From assembly GCA_964016885.1 (NCBI GenBank), contig OZ024742.1, positions 229,090,001 to 229,154,000 on the forward strand: 64,000 nucleotides of DNA, read 5' to 3'. Each line of letters begins with the position of its first letter. Within the stretch, counting starts at the first letter, position 1. Under the pieces are notes generated by a model. That model was not told the DNA's origin and made no database searches. It was given only the letters and a program-made list of their open reading frames with translations. Position numbers and translations under genes: made by a program. The stretch comes from Eledone cirrhosa (taxonomy: Eukaryota). Of this stretch, positions 52,501 through 64,000 are shown in pieces.

Positions 52501-55500
52501 CACAACTGTGATAGTCTTGTTAACTGTAGCTAAGTAATTATATCATAATACGACACATGTGTGACACAACCTTGATAATCTTGTTAACTGCAGCTAAGTA
52601 ATTATATCATAATACGACACATGTGTGACACAACTGTGATAATCTCGTTAACTGTAGCTAAGTAATTATATCATAATACGACACATGTGTGAAACAGTTG
52701 TGATAATCTTGTTAACTGCAGCTAAGTAATTATATCATAATACAACACATGTGTGATACAGTTGTGATAATCTTGTTAACTGCAGCTAAGTAATTATATC
52801 ATAATACGACACATGTGTGACACAACTGTGATAGTCTTGTTAACTGCAGCTAAGTAATTATATCATAATACAACACATGTGTGACACAACTGTGATAATC
52901 TTGTTAACTGCAGCTAAGTAATTATATCATAATACGACACATGTGTGACACAACTGTGATAGTCTTATACAGTTGTGATAATCTTGTTAACTGTAGCTAA
53001 GTAATTATATCATAATACAACACATGTGTGATACAGTTGTGATAATCTTGTTAACTGCAGCTAAGTAATTATATCATAATACGACACATGTGTGACACAA
53101 CTGTGATAGTCTTGTTAACTGTAGCTAAGTAATTATATCATAATACGACACATGTGTGAAACAACTGTGATAATCTTGTTAACTGTAGCTAAGTAATTAT
53201 ATCATAATACGACACATGTGTGACACAACTGTGATAATCTTGTTAACTGCAGCTAAGTAATTATATCATAATACGACACATGTGTGTGACACAACTGTGA
53301 TAGTCTTGTTAACTGTAGCTAAGTAATTATATCATAATACGACACATGTGTGTGATACAACTGTGATAATCTTGTTAACTGTAGCTAAGTAATTATATCA
53401 TAATACGACACATGTGTGATACAGTTGTGATAATCTTGTTAACTGCAGCTAAATAATTATATCATAATACGACACATGTGTGTGATACAACTGTGATAAT
53501 CTTGTTAACTGTAGCTAAGTAATTATATCATAATACGACACATGTGTGACACAACTGTGATAATCTTGTTAACTGTAGCTAAGTAATTATATCATAATAC
53601 GACACATGTGTGACACAACTGTGATAGTCTTGTTAACTGTAGCTAAGTAATTATATCATAATACGACACATGTGTGACACAACTGTGATAATTTTGTTAA
53701 CTGTAGCTAAGTAATTATATCATAATACGACACATGTGTGACACAACTGTTATAATCTTGTTAACTGTAGCTAAGTAATTATATCATAATACGACACATG
53801 TGTGACACAACTGTGATAATCTTGTTAACTGTAGCTAAGTAATTATATCATAATAGGACACATGTGTGACACAACTGTGATAATCTTGTTAACTGTAGCT
53901 AAGTAATTATATCATAATACGACACATGTGTGACACAACTGTGATAATCTTGTTAACTGTAGCTAAGTAATTATATCATAATACGACACATGTGTGATAC
54001 AGTTGTGATAATCTTGTTAACTGCAGCTAAGTAATTATATCATAATACGACACATGTGTGTGATACAAATGTGATAATCTTGTTAACTGTAGCTAAGTAA
54101 TTATATCATAATACGACACATGTGTGACACAACTGTGATAATCTTGTTAACTGTAGCTAAGTAATTATATCATAATACGACACATGTGTGATACAGTTGT
54201 GATAATCTTGTTAACTGTAGCTAAGTAATTATATCATAATACGACACATGTGTGTGATACAACTGTGATAATCTTGTTAATTGTAGCTAAGTAATTATAT
54301 CATAATACGATACATGTGTGATACAGTTGTGATAATCTTGTTAACTGTAGCTAATTAATTATATCATAATACGACACATGTGTGTGATACAACTGTGATA
54401 ATCTTGTTAACTGTAGCTAAGTAATTATATCATAATATGACACATGTGTGACACAACTGTGATAGTCTTGTTAACTGTAGCTAAGTAATTATATCATAAT
54501 ACGACACATGTGTGACACAACCTTGATAATCTTGTTAACTGCAGCTAAGTAATTATATCATAATACGACACATGTGTGACACAACTGTGATAGTCTTGTT
54601 AACTGTAGCTAATTAATTATATCATAATACGACACATGTGTGACACAACTGTGATAATCTTGTTAACTGTAGCTAAGTAATTATATCATAATACGCCACA
54701 TGTGTGTGACACAACTGTGATAATCTTGTTAGCTGTAGCTAAGTAATTATATCATAATACGACACATGTGTGACACAACTGTGATAATCTTGTTAACTGT
54801 AGCTAAGTAATTATATCATAATACGACACATGTGTGACACAACTGTGATAATCTTGTTAACTGTAGCTAAGTAATTATATCATAATACGACACATGTGTG
54901 ACACAACTGTGATAATCTTGTTAACTGTAGCTAAGTAATTATATCATAATACGACACATGTTTGACACAACAGTGATAATCTTGTTAACTGTAGCTAAGT
55001 AATTATATCATAATACGACACATGTGTGACACGACTGTGATAATCTTGTTAACTGTAGCTAAATAATTATATCATAATACGACACATGTGTGACACAACT
55101 GTGATAATCTTGTTAACTGTAGCTAAGTAATTATATCATAATACGACACATGTGTGACACAACTGTGATAATCTTGTTAACTGCAGCTAAGTAATTATAT
55201 CATAATACGACACATGTGTGACACAACTGTGATAATCTTGTTAACTGTAGCTAAGTAATTATATCATAATACGACACATGTGTGAAACAACTGTGATAAT
55301 CTTGTTAACTGTAGCTAAGTAATTATATCATAATACGACACATGTGTGACACAACTGTGATAGGCTTGTTAACTGTAGCTAAGTAATTATATCATAATAC
55401 GACACATGTGTGTGATACAGTTGTGATAATCTTGTTAACTGCAGCTAAGTAATTATATCATAATACGACACATGTGTGTGATACAACTGTGATAATCTTG

Positions 55501-58500
55501 TTAACTGTAGCTAAGTAATTATATCATAATACGACACATGTGTGTGATACAACTGTGATAATCTTGTTAACTGTAGCTAAGTAATTATATCATAATACGA
55601 CACATGTGTGACACAACTGTGATAATCTTGTTAACTGTAGCTAAGTAATTATATCATAATACGACACATGTGTGACACAACTGTGATAATCTTGTTAACT
55701 GTAGCTAAGTAATTATATCATAATACGACACATGTGTGACACAACTGTGATAATCTTGTTAACTGTAGCTAAGTAATTATATCATAATACGACACATGTG
55801 TGACACAACTGTGATAATCTTGTCAACTGTAGCTAAGTAATTATATCATAATACGACACATGTGTGACACAACTGTGATAATCTTGTTAACTGTAGCTAA
55901 GTAATTATATCATAATACGACACATGTGTGACACAACTGTGATAATCTTGTTAACTGTAGCTAAGTAATTATATCATAATACGACACATGTGTGACATAA
56001 CTGTGATAATCTTGTTAACTGTAGCTAAGTAATTATATCATAATACGACACATGTGTGAGAGAGTTGTGATAATCTTGTTAACTGCAGCTAAGTAATTAT
56101 ATCATAATACGACACATGTGTGACACAACTGTGATAATCTTGTTAACTGTAGCTAAGTAATTATATCATAATACGACACATGTGTGATACAGTTGTGATA
56201 ATCTTGTTAACTGCAGCTAAGTAATTATATCATAATACGACACATGTGTGTGATACAACTGTGATAATCTTGTTAACTGTAGCTAAGTAATTATATCATA
56301 ATACGACACATGTGTGCCCCACTGTGATAATCTAGTTAACTGTAGCTAAGTAATTATATCATAATACGACACATGTGTGTGATACAACTGTGATAATCTT
56401 GTTAACTGTAGCTAAGTAATTATATCAGAATACGACACATGTGTGACACAACTGTGATAATCTTGTTAACTGTAGCTAAGTAATTATATCATAATACGAC
56501 ACATGTGTGACACAACTGTGATAATCTTGTTAACTGTAGCTAAGTAATTATATCATAATACGACACATGTGTGACACAACTGTGATAATCTTGTTAACTG
56601 TAGCTAAGTAATTATATCATAATACGACACATGTGTGACACAAATGTGATAATCTTGTCAACTGTAGCTAAGTAATTATATCATAATACGACACATGTGT
56701 GACACAACTGTGATAATCTTGTTAACTGTAGCTAAGTAATTATATCATTATACGACACATGTGTGACACAACTGTGATAATCTTGTTAACTGTAGCTAAG
56801 TAATTATATCATAATACGACACATGTGTGAGAGAGTTGTGATAATCTTGTTAACTGCAGCTAAGTAATTATATCATAATACGACACATGTGTGACACAAC
56901 TGTGATAATCTTGTTAACTGTAGCTAAGTAATTATATCATAATACGACACATGTGTGACACAAATGTGATAATCTTGTTAACTGTAGCTAAGTAATTATA
57001 TCATAATACGACACATGTGTGACACAACTGTGATAATCTTGTTAACTGTAGCTAAGTAATTATATCATAATACGACACATGTGTGTGATACAACTGTGAT
57101 AATCTTGTTAACTGTAGCTAAGTAATTATATCATAATACGACACATGTGTGACACAACTGTGATAATCTTGTTAACTGTAGCTAAGTAATTATATCATAA
57201 TACGACACATGTGTGATACAGTTGTGATAATCTTGTTAACTGTAGCTAAGTAATTATATCATAATACGACACATGTGTGATACAGTTGTGATAATCTTGT
57301 TAACTGCAGCTAAGTAATTATATCATAATACGACACATGTGTGTGATACAACTGTGATAATCTTGTTACCTGTAGCTAAGTAATTATATCATAATACGAC
57401 ACATGTGTGTGATACAGTTGTGATAATCTTGTTAACTGTAGCTAAGTAATTATATCATAATACGACACATGTGTGTGATACAGTTGTGATAATCTTGTTA
57501 ACTGTAGCTAAGTAATTATATCATAATACGACACATGTGTGACACAACTGTGATAATCTTGTTAACTGTAGCTAAGTAATTATATCATAATGCGTCACAT
57601 GTGTGACACAACTGTGATAATCTTGTTAACTGTAGCTAAGTAATTATATCATAATACGACACATGTGTGACACAACTGTGATAATCTTGTTAACTGTAGC
57701 TAAGTAATTATATCATAATACGACACATGTGTGTGATACAACTGTGATAATCTTGTTAACTGTAGCTAAGTAATTATATCATAATACGACACATGTGTGT
57801 GATACAAGTGTGATAATCTTGTTAATTGTAGCTAAGTAATTATATCATAATACGACACATGTGTGTGATACAACTGTGATAATCTTGTTAACTGTAGCTA
57901 AGTAATTATATCATAATACGACACATGTGTGACACAACTGTGATGATCTTGCTAACTGTAGCTAAGTAATTATATCATAATACGACACATGTGTGACACA
58001 ACTGTGATAATCTTGTTAACTGTAGCTAAGTAATTATATCATAATACGACACATGTGTGTGATAAAACTGTGATAATCTTGTTAACTGTAGCAAAGTAAT
58101 TATATCATAATACGACACATGTGTGACACAACTGTGATAATCTTGTTAACTGCAGCTAAGTAATTATATCATAATACGACACATGTGTGACACAACTGTT
58201 ATAATCTTGTTAACTGTAGCTAAGTAATTATATCATAATACGACACATGTGTGAAACAACTGTGATAATCTTGTTAACTGTAGCAAAGTAATTATATCAT
58301 AATACGACACATGTGTGACACAACTGTGATAATCTTGTTAACTGCAGCTAAGTAATTATATCATAATACGACACATGTGTGACACAACTGTGATAATCTT
58401 GTTAACTGTAGCTAAGTAATTATATCATAATACACACATGTGTGACACAACTGTGATAATCTTGTTAACTGTAGCTAAGTAATTATATCATAATACGACA

Positions 58501-61500
58501 CATGTGTGTGATACAACTGTGATAATCTTGTTAACTGTAGCTAAGTAATTATATCATAATACGACACATGTGTGACACAACTGTGATAATCTTGTTAACT
58601 GCAGCTAAGTAATTATATCATAATACGACACATGTGTGACACAACTGTGATAATCTTGTTAACTGTAGCTAAGTAATTATATCATAATACGACACATGTG
58701 TGAAACAACTGTGATAATCTTGTTAACTGTAGCTAAGTAATTATATCATAATACGACACATGTGTGACACAACTGTGATAATCTTGTTAACTGTAGCTAA
58801 GTAATTATATCATAACACGACACATGTGTGACACAACTGTGATAATCTTGTTAACTGTAGCTAAGTAATTATATCATAATACGACACATGTGTGTGATAC
58901 AAGTGTGATAATCTTGTTAATTGTAGCTAAGTAATTATATCATAATACGACACATGTGTGACACAACTGTGATAGTCTTGTTAACTGTAGCTAAGTAATT
59001 ATATCATAATACGACACATCTGTGACACAACTGTGATAATCTTGTTAACTGTAGCTAAGTAATTATATCGTAATACGACACATGTGTGTGATACAACTGT
59101 GATAATCTTGTTAACTGTAGCTAAGTAATTATATCATAATACGACACATGTGTGACACAACTGTGATAATCTTGTTAACTGTAGCTAAGTAATTATATCA
59201 TAATACGACACATGTGTGACACAACTGTGATAATCTTGTTAACTGTAGCTAAGTAATTATATCATAATACGACACATGTGTGACACAACTGTGATAATCT
59301 TGTTAACTGTAGCTAAGTAATTATATCATAATACGACACATGTGTGACACAACTGTGATAATCTTGTCAACTGTAGCTAAGTAATTATATCATAATACGA
59401 CACATGTGTGTGATACAACTGTGATAATCTTGTTAACTGTAGCTAAGTAATTATATCATAATACGACACATGTGTGACACAACTGTGATAATCTTGTTAA
59501 CTGTAGCTAAGTAATTATATCATAATACGACACATGTGTGACACAACTGTGATAATCTTGTTAACTGTAGCTAAGTAATTATATCATAATACGACACATG
59601 TGTGACACAACTGTGATAATCTTGTTAACTGTAGCTAAGTAATTATATCATAATACGACACATGTGTGACACAACTGCGATAATCTTGTCAACTGTAGCT
59701 AAGTAATTATATCATAATACGACACATGTGTGACACAACTGTGATAATCTTGTTAACTGTACCTAAGTAATTATATCATAATACGACACATGTGTGACAC
59801 AACTGTGATAATCTTGTTAACTGTAGCTAAGTAATTATATCATAATACGACACATGTGTGACACAACTGTGATAATCTTGTTAACTGTAGCTAAGTAATT
59901 ATATCATAATACGACACATGTGTGAGAGAGTTGTGATAATCTTGTTAACTGCAGCTAAGTAATTATATCATAATACGACACATGTGTGATACAGTTGTGA
60001 TAATCTTGTTAACTGTAGCTAAGTAATTATATCATAATACGACACATGTGTGACACAACCTTGATAATCTTGTTAACTGCAGCTAAGTAATTATATCATA
60101 ATACGACACATGTGTGACACAACTGTGATAGTCTTGTTAACTGTAGCTAATTAATTATATCATAATACGACACATGTGTGACACAACTGTGATAAGCTTG
60201 TTAACTGTAGCTAAGTAATTATATCATAATACCACACATGTGTGTGATACAACTGTGATAATCTTGTTAACTGTAGCTAAGTAATTATATCATAATACGA
60301 CACATGTGTGACACAACTGTGATAATCTTGTCAACTGTAGCTAAGTAATTATATCATAATACGACACATGTGTGTGATACAACTGTGATAATCTTGTTAA
60401 CTGTAGCTAAGTAATTATATCATAATACGACACATGTGTGACACAACTGTGATAATCTTGTTAACTGTAGCTAAGTAATTATATCATAATACGACACATG
60501 TGTGACACAACTGTGATAATCTTGTTAACTGTAGCTAAGTAATTATATCATAATACGACACATGTGTGACACAACTGTGATAATCTTGTTAACTGTAGCT
60601 AAGTAATTATATCATAATACGACACATGTGTGACACAACTGCGATAATCTTGTCAACTGTAGCTAAGTAATTATATCATAATACGACACATGTGTGACAC
60701 AACTGTGATAATCTTGTTAACTGTACCTAAGTAATTATATCATAATACGACACATGTGTGACACAACTGTGATAATCTTGTTAACTGTAGCTAAGTAATT
60801 ATATCATAATACGACACATGTGTGACACAACTGTGATAATCTTGTTAACTGTAGCTAAGTAATTATATCATAATACGACACATGTGTGAGAGAGTTGTGA
60901 TAATCTTGTTAACTGCAGCTAAGTAATTATATCATAATACGACACATGTGTGATACAGTTGTGATAATCTTGTTAACTGTAGCTAAGTAATTATATCATA
61001 ATACGACACATGTGTGACACAACCTTGATAATCTTGTTAACTGCAGCTAAGTAATTATATCATAATACGACACATGTGTGACACAACTGTGATAGTCTTG
61101 TTAACTGTAGCTAATTAATTATATCATAATACGACACATGTGTGACACAACTGTGATAAGCTTGTTAACTGTAGCTAAGTAATTATATCATAATACCACA
61201 CATGTGTGTGATACAACTGTGATAATCTAGTTAACTGTAGCTAAGTAATTATATCATAATACGACACATGTGTGACACGACTGTGATAATGTTGTTAACT
61301 GTAGCTAAATAATTATATCATAATACGACACATGTGTGACACAACTGTGATAATCTTGTTAACTGTAGCTAAGTAATTATATCATAATACGACACATGTG
61401 TGACACAACTGTGATAATCTTGTTAACTGTAGCTAAGTAATTATATCATAATACGACACATGTGTGATACAGTTGTGATAATCTTGTTAACTGCAGCTAA

Positions 61501-64000
61501 GTAATTATATCATAATACGACACATGTGTGATACAGTTGTGATAATCTTGTTAACTGCAGCTAAGTAATTATATCATAATACGACACATGTGTGTGATAC
61601 AACTGTGATAATCTTGTTAACTTTAGCTAAGTAATTATATCATAATACGACACATGTGTGACACAACTGTGATAATCTTGTTAACTGCAGCTAAGTAATT
61701 ATATCATAATACGACACATGTGTGACACAACTGTGATAATCTTGTTAACTGTAGCTAAGTAATTATATCATAATACGACACATGTGTGAAACAACTGTGA
61801 TAATCTTGTTAACTGTAGCTAAGTAATTATATCATAATACGACACATGTGTGACACAACTGTGATAGGCTTGTTAACTGTAGCTAAGTAATTATATCATA
61901 ATACGACACATGTGTGATACAGTTGTGATAATCTTAGTTAACTGCAGCTAAGTAATTATATCATAATACGACACATGTGTGTGATACAACTGTGATAATC
62001 TTGTTAACTGTAGCTAAGTAATTATATCATAATACGACACATGTGTACCCCACTGTGATAATCTAGTTAACTGTAGCTAAGTAATTATATCATAATACGA
62101 CACATGTGTGACACAACTGTGATAGTCTTGTTAACTGTAGCTAAGTAATTATATCATAATACGACACATCTGTGACACAACTGTGATAATCTTGTTAACT
62201 GTAGCTAAGTAATTATATCATAATACGACACATGTGTGTGATACAACTGTGATAATCTTGTTAACTGTAGCTAAGTAATTATATCAGAATACGACACATG
62301 TGTGACACAACTGTGATAATCTTGTTAACTGTAGCTAAGTAATTATATCATAATACGACACATGTGTGACACAACTGTGATAATCTTGTTAACTGTAGCT
62401 AAGTAATTATATCATAATACGACACATGTGTGACACAACTGTGATAATCTTGTTAACTGTAGCTAAGTAATTATATCATAATACGACACATGTGTGACAC
62501 AACTGTGATAATCTTGTCAACTGTAGCTAAGTAATTATATCATAATACGACACATGTGTGACACAACTGTGATAATCTTGTTAACTGTACCTAAGTAATT
62601 ATATCATTATACGACACATGTGTGACACAACTGTGATAATCTTGTTAACTGTAGCTAAGTAATTATATCATAATACGACACATGTGTGACACAACTGTGA
62701 TAATCTTGTTAACTGTAGCTAAGTAATTATATCATAATACGACACATGTGTGAGAGAGTTGTGATAATCTTGTTAACTGCAGCTAAGTAATTATATCATA
62801 ATACGACACATGTGTGACACAACTGTGATAATCTTGTTAACTGTAGCTAAGTAATTATATCATAATACGACACATGTGTGACACAAATGTGATAATCTTG
62901 TTAACTGTAGCTAAGTAATTATATCATAATACGACACATGTGTGACACAACTGTGATAATCTTGTTAACTGTAGCTAAGTAATTATATCATAATACGACA
63001 CATGTGTGTGATACAACTGTGATAATCTTGTTAACTGTAGCTAAGTAATTATATCATAATACGACACATGTGTGACACAACTGTGATAATCTTGTTAACT
63101 GTAGCTAAGTAATTATATCATAATACGACACATGTGTGATACAGTTGTGATAATCTTGTTAACTGTAGCTAAGTAATTATATCATAATACGACACATGTG
63201 TGATACAGTTGTGATAATCTTGTTAACTGCAGCTAAGTAATTATATCATAATACGACACATGTGTGTGATACAACTGTGATAATCTTGTTACCTGTAGCT
63301 CAGTAATTATATCATAATACGACACATGTGTGTGATACAGTTGTGATAATCTTGTTAACTGTAGCTAAGTAATTATATCATAATACGACACATGTGTGTG
63401 ATACAGTTGTGATAATCTTGTTAACTGTAGCTAAGTAATTATATCATAATACGACACATGTGTGACACAACTGTGATAATCTTGTTAACTGTAGCTAAGT
63501 AATTATATCATAATACGTCACATGTGTGACACAACTGTGATAATCTTGTTAACTGTAGCTAAGTAATTATATCATAATACGACACATGTGTGACACAACT
63601 GTGATAATCTTGTTAACTGTAGCTAAGTAATTATATCATAATACGACACATGTGTGTGATACAACTGTGATAATCTTGTTAACTGTAGCTAAGTAATTAT
63701 ATCATAATACGACACATGTGTGTGATACAAGTGTGATAATCTTGTTAATTGTAGCTAAGTAATTATATCATAATACGACACATGTGTGTGATACAACTGT
63801 GATAATCTTGTTAACTGTAGCTAAGTAATTATATCTTAATACGACACATGTGTGACACAACTGTGATAATCTTGCTAACTGTAGCTAAGTAATTATATCA
63901 TAATACGACACATGTGTGACACAACTGTGATAATCTTGTTAACTGTAGCTAAGTAATTATATCATAATACGACACATGTGTGACACAACTGTGATAATCT
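43501..64000. repeat. 64-bp tandem satellite array (~320 units, 66-bp variants), continues past the window end
   Basis: Consensus AATACGACACATGTGTGACACAACTGTGATAATCTTGTTAACTGTAGCTAAGTAATTATATCAT; period 64 (CATAATACGA at 43621 and 43685). Confidence 0.98.

Noticed and set aside
43501-64000. CRISPR array
   Set aside because: Units are contiguous with no unique spacers, there are no cas genes, and the context is eukaryotic

Overview
Eukaryotic, AT-rich, repeat-dominated window with no recognisable intact host gene. The dense (TA)n/(CA)n microsatellites and the tRNA-derived SINE family suggest a mollusc, probably an octopus-like cephalopod (inference only). 1-25 kb: a cluster of Penelope-like element (PLE) insertions and non-coding derivatives. 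Most sit inside (TA)n tracts, are built as long inverted repeats, and carry type I hammerhead ribozyme (HHR) motifs. I read about 17 motifs, including U3-A8 core variants and minimal forms with a palindromic helix III. The cluster includes a ~5 kb head-to-head Naiad-like PLE and a second, decayed RT/GIY-YIG PLE. 25-43 kb: SINEs, a decayed Tx1/L1-type LINE, an internally deleted RTE-like element, an R4/Dong 3' fragment and one non-autonomous Helitron (a second lies at 22.8 kb). 43.5-64 kb: a homogeneous 64-bp tandem satellite (~320 units, running off the window end) with kb-scale higher-order duplications. Coordinates were read by eye; element ends may be off by a few bases.
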